From the NCBI RefSeq assembly GCF_036321535.1, contig NC_087436.1, positions 24,802,001-24,866,000 on the forward strand: 64,000 bases of DNA. The letters are read 5' to 3'. The DNA comes from Camelus dromedarius (Eukaryota). The notes under the pieces were generated by a model, which was not told where the DNA came from, did not search any database, and worked only from the letters and a program-made list of their open reading frames with translations. Below are positions 35,556 to 47,793 of this stretch, one piece after another. Each line of letters opens with the position of its first letter. Position 1 is the stretch's first letter. The translations under genes were made by a program, and so were the position numbers.

Positions 35556-36751
35556 GTGAGGTTTTCTCAAGGTTAATATTTTGAATAAAACACTTTTCAT
35601 CTCTTTTAGACGTGAAACTGCAGATAATTTTAACAAGAAATAGGTCAGTCCTTTTCCTCCATGACTATTACAACTTTACATCATTGCATATTTCTAAAGA
35701 TAAGCATCTTTTCAGTACTTTTAATGTACTACTACTGTAGATCCTAAAAGCACAATTCTCCCTGTGGGCTTATGATCTAATGAGACATATAAGACCATAA
35801 AGGCAGAAAATGAATAAGGAGAAGTTGGGTAATTCTCCTTCGGTAGACATATTTGGCATCTGGCTTCAGATTCAGAGCCATTTTTTTTTGTTGTTGAATC
35901 TTGGGGCCCTACCCCACAGCCACTTCATTATGGGAGAGACATTTAAGGGGAAGGAGGGAGGGAGTTTTGAGGAGGAATTTAAAGAAGGGGATAAAAGGAA
36001 TGGCTGTAGATTTGGATAGAGAGCAGAAGCTTAGCCTTAGGTTATGTGAAATAAAACATAACCTTTCCTGGTTTATACACGACGTAATAGCCCACCTAGA
36101 AATGAAAGCTCGATTAACACAGAGCAAGTGACCTCAAACGTTTTATAAATGTTTGCTCCCAAACATTTCTTCTCTATTTGTCATCTCAAGAATGTTAGTC
36201 TGAAGATTTCTCCTATATAGCGCAGAAACATTTTCAAACAAGGATGGAAAAACGTTACAAAGCTGGTTGCCACTTTGAGAGACTTGTGAAATAAATACAC
36301 TAATTTTACATTAAAATTAAAATTTTAATTTCACTTGTTCTCCTCATTCCTCATTTGATGTGCACTTTAGTATAAGGATAAAAATGACCAAAATGAATAT
36401 AGGCTCCAATTCCATTTTCAGGGCAGTTTTTGAGGTTTGATCAAGGGAAGGGAGAAGGGAGGGGGCTGGGGCTTAAACAAGGAAACACGAGATAGGAAGG
36501 GCAGATTTCATCATATCAAGTATTCCAATTCACGAATTTGCAAAAGGGTTTTCTTGTATTACCAAACATCTAGGTACATAATGGCTGTCCCCTAAATTTC
36601 CCCCTGCCTTTACTATATACTTCTAATCAATACAAAATATTTTTCTTGGGACATTCTGGGGCACAGCCTGTAACATCAGCCCACTCCAGTCTACTTTCTT
36701 TTTTGGAGTCCCTCTCCAGCCATCACAATTTTTTCTCTAAAGCAGTTGATG

Positions 36752-37020
36752 AGGACACGGTGGGACAGAGTTGTGAGAGTATGGGTTCTAGTATTAGACT
36801 AATTTGGCTTTGATGCCTGGTAACTCCACGTGGCCCTATGATCTGGGACTGATTTCTTCTCTGAGACTCAGTTTCTTTATATGCAAAATGGATATAAAGT
36901 TATGTTTGCTGTACTTTACAGGTTTCTTTAGAAGATTAAATGATATAATGAATGTGTAATACTAAATCAGTGCCTGGCGTATAGTAGATACTCAATAAAA
37001 GGCAACCATTATTGTTATTA
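36752..37020 (+). mobile_element. MIR SINE, near full length
   Basis: CTCTGAGACTCAGTTTCTTTATATGCAAAATGG core and CAGTGCCTGGCGTATAGTAGATACTCAATAAA...ATTATTGTTATTA tail. Confidence 0.85.
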
Positions 37021-37614
37021 GTAAACATATAGTTTCAGAGAGTCAAATTTTTGAATAAAATTGTGTTTTGCTTCGTTTCCTCTCAAAAACAAAAACATAC
37101 TTAACTTTTTAATTGTAATACTTTTGTATAAAGTTTGAAAATTAAAGCAGTCAACATAGAAAGTAATACTGAGTTAATATCAGATACTAACTTCAATGCT
37201 GATATGAGTGATTCTACCAAACTCATTAGAATAGACATTTACTCAACAACTGGTATATACCACATGTTATATATGTGGAAAGAATGCAGACATGAATAAA
37301 ATTATTCTCTGGCTGCAAAAAACTTAGAATCTTGAAGGAGGTAAGGCTCTATATCTAACTATGCTATACAGTACTGTAAGTCCAGTACTGGAGACAGGAT
37401 ACCATTGGAGTACAAAGAATGAATGGCTAATTCTCATGAGTGGCATGAGTGAAGCTTCACAAGGTGGTTGGTGTGGTTTGGATGAGTAGGGTTTGGATGT
37501 GGTCAGGTGCTGAAAGGAAGGAATTCTAGATTAGGAAGAAGCTCTAGCAAAGGATGAAGTTGGAGGCTCATGTTCAAAGGATAGCTCTGATCTGGCTACA
37601 ATGAAGTATTTTTC

Positions 37615-37818
37615 CCCCATGTTCACTGCAACATTATTTACAATAGCCAAGATATGGAAACAACCTAAGTGTCCATTGACCAATGACTAGGCAAAGACTA
37701 AATACATAGACATATTTCAGCCGTAAGAAAGAAGAAAATCCTGTCATTTTTGGCCATATGGATGGATCTTGAAGGCATTAAGCTAAGTGAAACAAATCAG
37801 TCAGAGAAAGAAAAAAAA
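37615..37818 (+). mobile_element. Short L1 ORF2-end fragment lacking the 3'UTR
   Basis: CCCATGTTCACTGCAACATTATTTACAATAGCCAAGATATGGAAACAACCTAAGTGTCC...GCTAAGTGAAA...CAGAGAAAGAAAAAAAA. Confidence 0.85.
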
Positions 37819-37884
37819 GGGAGATGAAAAGACTTTGGGGTCATATTCTCAAGTCTTTACATACCTTGTAAGAAGTCTCTGTGT

Positions 37885-38008
37885 GGGGGAATGGGTATAG
37901 CTCAAGTGGTAGAGTGCATTCTTAGCATGCACGAGGTCCTGGGTTCAATTCCCAGTAACTCTTCTAAAATTAAATAAATAAATAAACCTAATTATCCGCT
38001 CCCCACTG
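37885..38008 (+). mobile_element. Camelid vic-1-type SINE
   Basis: GGGTATAGCTCAAGTGGTAGAGTGCATTCTTAGCATGCACGAGGTCCTGGGTTCAATTCCCAG...AAATAAATAAACCTAATT. Degenerate TSD AAGTCTCTGT/AAGTCACTAT. Confidence 0.92.
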
Positions 38009-39779
38009 AAAGTCACTATTTTATTTAGGAGGTAATGGAAAGCCACTGAAGGTACTTGAACCTAACAATGACATGGTCCAATTATTGTTTTAGAAGGGAT
38101 AGCTTTTTGGAAGGAGAATTGCAAAGTGCTGAAACAGCCAAGAGACTCTATCAATCATCAGGCTCCTGAGGTGGATCTGTTAATATCTGAGCAGTCCTGA
38201 GCATTGGCAGGAGTGAGGACAGCATTTGGGATGGTTAAATTTGGACCTGATTTCCAAAGTCGAGTCCATAGCCATTGGCTGCAGGTGAAGAGTTATTGGC
38301 ACTCAAAAAATCCTTACTGTGTTCCTTAGAAAGATAATAAATCCTGGATGTTAAAATTCAAACACCATCACATATAAAATGAGAGAAGTCAAAGTCTCTT
38401 AGAGACTCCCTCTGTGTCCTTGGGAATATTTTAGGGGAGAAGCTCTTTTCCAGGGGATCTGGATCATAGGGTTGTATATTGTGTAAGGATTCCTCTAAGA
38501 TATGTTTCCAGAAATGGAACCATTAGGCTAAGTAGTCACTTCCATTTTGTAAAGAAGCAGGATGAGAACAAGGATAAGGAGAGGCTGCCACAGAGACAGA
38601 GTATGGAAAAGAAAAATGGACCAATTGATGGTGCCTTACCTTGAGTGAGCCAGGAAGTGCTAAGATTGCGATATGGAGTACGAGGTTAGCTAGGACAGGA
38701 GTCTGGTCACTGTTTCCTCTGAAGCCAACAAAGAGGAGGAAATGATGGATGAAGGAATGGGATGATGAACTGGAAGATGAATGATTCTGGTATTATCAAT
38801 GATTTCAGTGAATTAATTGTCAAAATACTGGGCTGAGAATTTGTAGGGTTAAAAATGTGGGGAAAAAAGGAAAAGGCTTGAAAAACACATTTTGGTAGAT
38901 AGAAAAGAGAATCTGTGGGAGCAAAGTGAAGTACTTTCAAGCAACAGTTAGTTAGGGACCAACTGAGGTCCATTCTTTTCCATAAAACCTTGAAAAGGAA
39001 TTCAGGCTTATCTAGAACTTCTCTTGAGAAGGCAGAGAGGAAGGAATTATATCATACAACACACAGGAAAACGTCTTAAAAATAAATTTTAGTTTCTTTC
39101 CTCCTTGATGTCACTTATTATGGCAGCTGTTACCACACATCTATCTCTTTTCTCTTTAATAAAACCCCACCCAGCTTTGCTTTGTCCTCATTCTGCTGTT
39201 CCTTCTTTCCCACTGCTTCCATGAGCTTCTTAGATTTTTCACTTTCCTTTTGAGGATAATTCTGTGGCCTATTTTATATAAATCAATTTTATCTTTCTGG
39301 ATTTTCTCCAACTCCCTTCTCTACTCATTACCTTGATCATTTCAGCAAATGGCCAGGACTTGAGTGTCACAAGCAGAGAATTCTCTTGAGGAGGCAGGAG
39401 AGAGGGAACGATCACAGACACTTGGTGTGTAATATTTTTGCCTGTAAGGCAGCAGTTCTCAGCAACTGTGGAGCAGCAGCAGACGAAACTAGTGTTTGAG
39501 TTGATCTGATGGGATGTGATCAAACAATCTAAATATTAAACATGGAAATATCAAAGATGGATTTGAAGTTGTGGAGACATGTGTGAGCAATGTATTTGTT
39601 GGTTGGCTATTTATTATAGTATATGGATTACTTTGATGGGACATTGTTCTCAAATATTTCTTTCACTGTGCTTTTATTTTCAATCATCTCCCTTGGCACT
39701 TCTCAAGGCTTAATTACAGGTATGTCTAATATTTTGGATGCCTGAACTTTTATTCTCCAAACAAGATTGCTTTGACTGA

Positions 39780-40070
39780 TGCCCCTTTGTTCCTTCTGAA
39801 CGCCTTTGGGATGTTGCCCACGACTGACTTCCCTTTGTCTGAATTGCTCTTTTCCCAGATCTTTGCATAACTGGATCATTCTCATGCTTTAGACTCTAAT
39901 TCAATTATCACTTTCTCAGAGGGCATTCTCTGACCAGCTTATCTATTCCCAATCTGTTTAGTTTGATGGTTTATTTACTTATTCTTACATATCTTTTCAC
40001 TAGAATGTCAGTTCTATTAGGAAAGGGATTTTTTTTCTGTCTCATTTACCGCTGTCATCCCTACATGGTC
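39780..40070 (+). mobile_element. L2 LINE 3' region
   Basis: TGCTCTTTTCCCAGATCTTTGCATAACTGG...TCACTTTCTCAGAGGGC...CACTAGAATGTCAG...TCATTTACCGCTGT. Confidence 0.7.
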
Positions 40071-40522
40071 TACCACTGTGTGAAGGACAAATATATTACT
40101 AATTCACTTTGAATATGATTTCAGTGTGATGGGTTCTTTCTGGATGCTGAGGTTGTTTATTTGGCAATTATGATTTTCCTAAGGTGATACTTCCTACATT
40201 AATATGTACGTATACTTATGCTCCTTTTATTTGCCTTCTTAATTAAAAGCCAATTGATTTATAGTTAACAGTAACTTATAATAATATTTGAAATTACTTT
40301 TATATTACTGCTATTAAAATTTTACCCCCAAATTCCATGACCCTATGAGAGTATATTTCTCTAATATGGCAAAAGGCCCAGACGTGATATCAACCAGGTA
40401 ATTGTTTTACAAGAGAAAGGTGACTCTGAAAGGGAAGACAGTTCAAGAGGGATGGGGGCTCTTGAGATGAAATTTGGAATGCTCAGTTAAGGAATGTGTG
40501 CAGTTCTGTGAGCACAGATTTT

Positions 40523-40675
40523 TTTAAAAATTTAATTTAATTAATTAATTTTTTTGTAGGGGAGGTAATTAGGTTTATTTGTTTGTTTGTTTGTTTAATG
40601 GAGGCACTGGGGATTAATCCCAGGACCTTGTGCATACTAGACATGCACTCTATACCACTGAGCTATACCCACCCA
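40523..40675 (-). mobile_element. Camelid vic-1-type SINE with 17-bp TSD
   Basis: GGAGGTAATTAGGTTTATTTG...GGGGATTAATCCCAGGACCTTGTGCAT...CCACTGAGCTATACCC. TSD CTGTGAGCACAGATTTT (40506-40522) / CTGTGAGTGCAGATTTT (40676-40692). Confidence 0.92.
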
Positions 40676-41444
40676 CTGTGAGTGCAGATTTTAAAGGAGC
40701 AAGTATGAGTGAAGAAGAGAAAAATATGACAAACAGACACAAGCACAGAAAAAAAAATCCCACAAGTTTAAGAAAAATGTGAAAGAGGACAAAGGGATGC
40801 TTTTAGAGTTTTAATAATAAAATAGATACTCAGTAATCTGCTGGTTGTAGATGGTGTGAGGCAAACAGATGCAAGGGAGAAGGCGGAGACCATCCACATT
40901 TGATTTGGATTTTTTCTTAAAGCGAGTGGTGTTCAGACTGGGGAAACTAGAGCACAAATAGTTAATAGGTGGTTGAAAACTGAGGTAAATGAAATCTCAT
41001 TTATCAATAGTCTCTGACTCTTAAAAAATAAGACCTCAAGTTTTTGATGGATGACATAATCCCAGGCCACTGAAAGGCCTAGCATGTGTAATAGTGGATT
41101 TTTGTTTTTGGTAATTATTTTAAAATCATGGAGAAATGAAGAAGATCCAAAAGATCAAATGTGAAAATGGTGCCTATATTATCAAGATGGGAAAATTCGT
41201 CAGACAGGTGGAAATTCAACATAGTTCTAGAAATACACTATGAATATAAGGAGGGAGATTCATGCTGTGAATCTCGTATCCATTCCAAAGAATTTTGTCT
41301 AATGAGTGACCTTTTCACCTGGAAAACAGTATTTAGAAACTTTTTAATGGAACTTTAAATCTAGTTAAATTCATTTAAAATCTGTCTTTCCTTTTTTTTT
41401 TTTTTTTGAATTGTGACTTGTATAAAGACATAAAGTTTTGCTTC

Positions 41445-42500
41445 TCAAGTTTGGATGACAGAACCTGGGAGAGAGAGAGAGACTATGATAGATGAAAATC
41501 ATCATTCAAAATGACTTCATCAGATTAGAAAGTTAGGTAGAACTCAACAAGGTAATATTTCAGGTGGATAAAAGTGACATCTTGAATTTAGGGTTTAAAA
41601 AAAAAGTCTTGCAAGTGTTGTTAGGCAAACACATATAATGAAAACACCTGGAACGTTCAGTTCGTTCCAACAAAAAGCAATAAAAATTTGTACTTTATGC
41701 AAATATGTAACCTAGATCAAAGTTGGCAGTAATACCAATGCTATTCTGATCATATCTGGAACATTGGATTCACTTTAAGTAGGGCACTGACAAAACTCAG
41801 TGAGAAGACAAAGATGATAAAAGTCTTGTGAAGTCTCTTCCATGTGGAATAATTGGGAAAACTCTAAACATTTAACCAAGAGAAGAGAAGACTTAGGGGA
41901 ACTTGAAGGCTCTTTCTCGATGTGTGAAAGGCTGTTCCATGAAAGACAGAGTAGTAGGTATGACTCTATAGAGTAATAGCTTATGGCTATTATTAATATA
42001 ATATTTCATTTTCCCAGGAAAGACACACTGTAATTGGTTAGGACTCTTGGTATATTTTCATCCCACTTTTCTTCTTGCACGTTTTTAGTATCTCATCATC
42101 ATTGTGCTTCCTTACATAGAATAGGGTTTTATAGGTGTGGATCACATGACACTGAATCCTTACAACAAATGTGGAAGATGGTGAGGGTATTATAATCATT
42201 CCCATTTTGTAGAGGAGGAACCTGAGTCTCAAGAATCTGGTGATGAATTTTCCCCCAAGGTGAGATGGCTTTTAAGTGATGGAACTCTAGACAGAATTTT
42301 TGGATTTCTGATTCCTAGGGTTAGTGCTATTTCCACTAACATATACTTCTTCTAAAGGTAAAGCCTTTCCAGTTAATTAGGACTCAAAACAGTATTGGTT
42401 TTTTTGACAAGAAAAATGATCAGTTCATTCTCTTTCCAAAAAGTCCTTCAGTTCATTACCTTGGGCATGTGGCGTGGCATACACCTTAGAGGTTATTAAC
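41445..42500 (+). mobile_element. L3/CR1 LINE remnant interrupted by a MIR
   Basis: CAAGTTTGGATGACA...ATTCAAAATGACTT...AGATTAGAA... and AGAGAAGAGAAGACTTAGGGGA...TGAAAGGCTGT resemble the CR1/L3 RT and 3' regions. Confidence 0.65.
42090..42345 (-). mobile_element. MIR SINE
   Basis: AATCCTTACAACA...ATTCCCATTTTGTAGAGGAGGAACCTGAG...CCCAAGGT...TCTGATTCC...GTGCTATTTCCACT. Confidence 0.8.
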
Positions 42501-42881
42501 TGAGGTGACACAAGGCCTTGGGTGAAATGTTCAAGAAAAACACTGAGATGGTACAGATTTTAAGGGGAAGGGAAAGATTTCCTCTTTATAAAAAGATTGG
42601 GTCAATTTTGAGGGCAGAAAGAGCTCCAGGATGATTAGTTAGCATGTTTTTCCTATTATACATTTTTAAAATTTCATCACCTTTTCCCTTCTTTCAGCAA
42701 ATTGTTTTCTTTTAAAAGGGATTAATCTTTAGATTAATCACTTTTGAGCACACAGATACTCTTAGAGCATGTAAATACTCCAGCAAAGATGGAGATAAGT
42801 ATTTAAGTTGTTGCTAGTTGCCTGTGTTTATAAATTATAACACATGCTATTGCCCAGCTTCTGAAATGTTCATGTTCACTG

Positions 42882-43115
42882 ATATTATAGTGGTTAAGAG
42901 CATGGTCTTTAGTATCTTGTTGCATAGTTCCCCCACTTTTGACCTGTGTGGCCCTGAGCAAGCTACTCAAGTCCTCCAAGTCATGGTGTCCTTGTCTGTA
43001 AAATGAGTATGATAATATCAGCAGAATAGAGATGTTGTGACAATTAAATGAGATAATCTATATAAAATGCCTGGAACAGAGTAAGTGGTCTGTACATATA
43101 TTACCTATTTTTTAT
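42882..43115 (+). mobile_element. MIR SINE
   Basis: ATAGTGGTTAAGAGCATGG...CTGTGTGGCCCTGAGCAAG...TCTGTAAAATGAG...ATTAAATGAGATAAT...TGCCTGGAACAGAGTAAGTG. Confidence 0.82.
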
Positions 43116-43225
43116 TGCTCACTACATAACTCTTAATTAAGGTTGGAATGACAATAAGGAAAAAGAATGATTCAAGTTTACTTTCTCTTTCTTTGTGTCT
43201 GGGGATGGAGGGAATTAAAAAAATA

Positions 43226-43312
43226 TTTTCCTTTTTCTTTTTCTTAAACAGAGGTGCTGGGGATTGAACCCAGGACCTCGTGCATGCTAAGCATGTGCTC
43301 TACCCTGAGCTA
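43226..43312 (-). mobile_element. Short camelid SINE variant (tRNA-Ala head plus A-rich tail only)
   Basis: TTTTCTTAAACAGAGGTGCTGGGGATTGAACCCAGGACCTCGTGCATGCTAAGCATGTGCTCTACCCTGAGCTA. No AACCTAATT tail module. Confidence 0.88.
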
Positions 43313-44690
43313 GGTGATACTAGAAATGCATTCTGGATCTGTTAGTTGGTGTTTGTTTTTCTCTGGCATAGGCAGAATATGCAGAAAGTTCACTTTGTGC
43401 AGACTGGAGTTGTGCAGTTGTGCAGTTGTTGGTAGAAGCCAGGCCACCAAGACAAGTACATGTTCCTAACCCATTTTGAAGCGCAGAGTGGTGTTTCCCC
43501 ATTATGCGAGCTCCATGGCAACCTCTCTTTCCAGAATGCACTGATAATATTTATGACTTTATTTGAGCCTCATAAAAGGTAGGCTGGTACAATGCCTTAG
43601 ATTTATATAAAGGGAAAGAACTGAAGACAGACATCTTTTAACTGACTTACTAAAGATTACCTAGAAAATCAAATCCTGAGCTTTACCCAGGAACTTTTTC
43701 AGTACGTTCAGCATTCTAATCATAAAAGGACTATGAAAAACAAAGCTACCCTGAGTGTGATTAGTAGAAACAGAGCAAGAACCATCCTGAAATGTCAGGC
43801 ATTAGTGATGAACTTAAATAGTTTTTTCATAATAGAGTTATATTTTCAAAGTGACATTTGCAAATGAGCTCTCAGCCCAGGATGATTGCTTAAATCTTTT
43901 TCTCTGAACTATGATTTTTCTAATAGCAGACACTGATGATTCTGGGTAGCCTTGTTGCCTGGCTTCTGACACAGTGACATCTTTAGTATGCTTTAGTGCT
44001 GGAATAATCTTTTTCCATTTGCAGAGACCCACTGCCCATGTTCCTTAGCTCTCTGTGTGACCCATGGGCTCACAGTGCATAGAACACTAAAACATTTTCC
44101 TCCAGAAAGCACCAACATTTAAAAGATTTTAACAAATTCTGATGAAGTTTCTATAAAAGTGGTTGATATTTCCTTGTTTTCCGAAATAGAATATGCAGAA
44201 CATAATTTGAACACTTGCTAGAATCATTGGAAACCCAGTCACTGTGCAGTATATATGACTGGGATGGTCTTTGGGTTTATTGATTGGTGCAGGCGGCCTG
44301 CCTATGTTGTAATTGGCCCCACTTTGCAGAAGTTTTCTTTTGATTGTCTTTCTCTTCCTTCTGCTACCAACACACAAACACACTATTTGTGCTATTGGTG
44401 TAACTATCTTTTGCAATTTCTCTCTTTCAGTTTCTTCTCTTTAATCATCCATGGGCCAGGAAAAAAGAAAAGTGAACATTTTTAAATGGTACACAAAATA
44501 TGGGAAAATAGGCACTGAGTTAAGGTGCCTACATGCAAAATACTTGAGTTTCAGTGTTCAGGATTTGTTGTTTATCTTTTGACCATGAGACATTTTCTTC
44601 TTTTCCTGTGTTTCTTTCTAATTCTTGTGTGTGTTTAGAATCCCAGGCAGCTGGGCTTTTGCGAGGAGGTATAAGAGGAGGTATATTCTT

Positions 44691-45188
44691 TTTTTTTTTT
44701 TTTCAGTTGAATTATAGTTGATTTACAATGTGTCAATATCTGGTTTACAGCATGGTGATTCATTTATACATATAATATATATATTCCTTTCCATATTCTT
44801 TTTCATTATAGGCCATTACAAGGTATTGAATATAATTTCCCATGCTATGCAGTACAACCTTGCTGTTTATCTATTTTATGTATAGTAGTTATTATCTGCA
44901 AATTCCAAACTCCCAATTTATCTCTCTGCCCCCCTTTTCCTCCCTGGTAACCATAAGTTTGCTTCCTATGTCTGTGAGTCTGCCTCTGTTTTGTAGATAA
45001 GTTCATTTGTGTCTTTTTTTTTTTTTTTTTTTAGATTCCATATATAACTGATACCATGTGGTATTTTTCTTTCTCTTTCTGGCTTACTTCACTTAGTATG
45101 ATAATCTCCAGGTCCATCCATGTTGTTGCAAATGGCATTATTTTATCCCTTTTATGGCTGAATAGTGTTCCATTGTATATCTATACTG
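44691..45188 (-). mobile_element. 5'-truncated L1 (3'UTR plus ORF2 end, ~500 bp) with TSD
   Basis: Poly(T), then ATAGTTGATTTACAATG...CCCTGGTAACCATAAGTTTG...TTAGATTCCA...GGCTTACTTCACTTAG. TSD AGAGGAGGTATATTCTT (44674-44690) / AGAGGTGGTATGTTCTT (45189-45205). Confidence 0.92.
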
Positions 45189-45940
45189 AGAGGTGGTATG
45201 TTCTTGTATTTCTGTCACTTAGTGAACTTTCTTTTCACTATCACTGTTGTTTGTAGCTCTATTACAAAATCATGTTTCTGTCTTGCATTATAGATTAAGT
45301 GTATATCTGATGTAAGCTACAGGTTCAAGAAGTATTTGTGGAATAAAAGAACGTTTCTCCTATTCCACGCCATATTAAATTGTAAACTTTTGTGGTGGGG
45401 AGCTTGCTCTATTTCTTCCTGCTTCCACTCAATGCAATGTATATATCAAGGTTTGCCAAGTGACTGACGGAATAAAATTTTTAGATTCCACAGCATTGTT
45501 GGTAATAACTAACTCCAAAAAATTCTGAAACATATTTTTTATTATGGAACTTTGTTACTAGGGGTAGAAAGATATAGGAGACAGGAATATATGGGGGACA
45601 TAATAAATGAGAGTTTACAGTAAAAAACGTTAATTGCTTATGAAGTACTGTTGAATATTATAGAAATGTGTTTCTCTTTTTCTTGAGTCAGAGGGTGGGA
45701 ATGGTTGAGGCTAAAGGTTTTGGGGAACAGAAGGAGCCTGAACTTAGGCTGAAAGGGAGTATGAAGAGGAAGTGGATTTGCCAGGTGGAACCATTCTAGG
45801 ACAGGGTAGACTCCAGATCCTGGAAAAAATTGTGATGGCATTCTAACTCATTCTTTCTTGATTGTTAGGGAGTCAGAGAGCTTTCACAAATTATTCTTTA
45901 TGGTCTATTGGATTAATTAGTTTTTTCAGGGTAACACCAC

Positions 45941-46424
45941 TATACTAATTTCTTAGAATAATAAATGACAACAAAACTTAGTAGCTTAAAATGACATAAG
46001 TTTGTTATTGTACAGTCCTGTGGGCCACAAGAATAACACAGGGTTCACTGGGCTACAGTCAAGGAGTTGGCAGGGCTACATTCCTTTCTGTAGGCTGTGG
46101 GGGCAAATCTATTTGTCTTTTCTAGTTTCTAGAAGCTGCCTGCATTCCTTGTCTTGTAGCCTCCTTTTGTTTTCAAAGCCAGCAATGGCTGGTCAATTCT
46201 TTTTCACATTGTGTCATCCAGACACTAAGTCTTCGGCCTTTCACTTCCACATTTAAAGGACTCTTATGATTACATTGGTCCCTCCTAGATAGTCCAGGAG
46301 AATATCCTTGTTTTAAAGCCAGCTGATTAGCAACCTTAATTACATTTTACCATGTCACCTAACATACAGGTTCTGGAAATTAGGGTGTGGACATCTTTGG
46401 GGAGCCATTATTCTATCTACCATA
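45941..46424 (-). mobile_element. MaLR LTR (MLT1C/D-like)
   Basis: ACAAAACTTAGTAGCTTAAAA...GTTGGCAGGGCTACATTCC...TTCTAGAAGCTGCCTGCATTCCTTG...GATTACATTGG...TTAGGGTGTGGACATCTTTGGGGAGCCATTATTCT. Confidence 0.88.
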
Positions 46425-47793
46425 GTCACTAAACAAAATCTAAAGAGCTGAGATTAAGGACGTATAAATGATTGTAGGTTTTGATGGTGGAGAAAGCTGG
46501 AGAACAGGGAGATTTGACCAAAGTGGGTTTGCACAGGGCTCAGAGGTAATATAGCCCAGGCCTTTGAAAGCAAGAGGGCCAGTGACCAGCACAGCCGGCA
46601 CCTGAGATCCTGTAAAAATACCTGCAGGCCAGCCAACCTTTCCTGAGGATTTGGGTGCTAAGAGTTCCAAGGGGGATGAAGCAGGGTCTTCCATTTGAGA
46701 GGATGGTGTGCTTTTGAAGAGGACTTGAAGTGAATAAGACAAGAGTATCCTGTCCACAGGTGAAACCACTTGTTTAATATTAGGGAAAAACTGAGAGTTT
46801 GAGAAATGGCATAACCAAAGAAAATTCATGATAAATTGAGATACAGGACCTAAGAATCTTGTTTTCCAGCCACCATCCAGGTCTCTTGCTGCGGTAAATG
46901 GAACAGAATGAGTCACTTATCCACAGGCTTGATTCAAATAGAAGGATGAATTGTGGTACAGATAATAGCTTATATAATGCCAGACCTCTCCTAGGAACTG
47001 TGAAGATTTCAGATCAATACATAGTCAAAGAGTACATGGTGATGACTTTCTGAAAATTTGATCAATAAGTATATATCACTAAGATCAGAATTTATTTAAA
47101 ATTATGAACAGCCTGGAAGACTGCCAGGGCCTGAGTAATAACCCTAGGCAGTCCAAATGCATGCCAGCTTCCTTGTTTATATAAATTGCTAGAATCTCTC
47201 ATGCCTGACCCCTCTGATGTATCAGCTTTGTTATGTCAGTTTAGATATAGGTAAATTTCCTAGGGGCATTTATTAGCTTTATTAAAAAAGAGGCAATTGT
47301 CCAAAGGCCTCTGGGCATCTGCACCCAAAACATAAAATAAAAGAATGAAATTAAACATTCAGGCGGCCAAACACCTCATAAAAAAAGCTAGGCCAGTTCA
47401 GCCTCCCAAGGGTTGCCAGATTGGCAGGCTTGGGCTTGTGTTTTTTCCTGGAAAATTCACACACTCTTCTGTCCGGTTGGACAAAGAAATAAATTGCAAA
47501 GGCAAAGATCATCAGCAACCTTGTTTTGGGGATTCATATCTGGAATCCTTTATTAGAAGTCAGATGGCTGATCTTCATATATTTGAATGAACCAGTAGAC
47601 GGGAGAAACCCTCAAAGGGAACCTCTTTCTTTATTACAACATATCCACCCAACATTCACTGACTTCCTTTTCCACTTTGATTGATGGCTTTTGTCCCTGG
47701 AATACTTCACATTGTCACTTCCACAAAGCCCAACATTCTTCCCTATCTGCCTTCTGTTGAAAACAATTACTCAGAGACCACATTGCTCTAAAT

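Noticed and set aside
37885..37965. tRNA-Ala(AGC)-like gene with A and B boxes
   Set aside because: It is the head of a vic-1-type SINE: followed by the SINE tail, and one of several dispersed diverged copies, some with TSDs.
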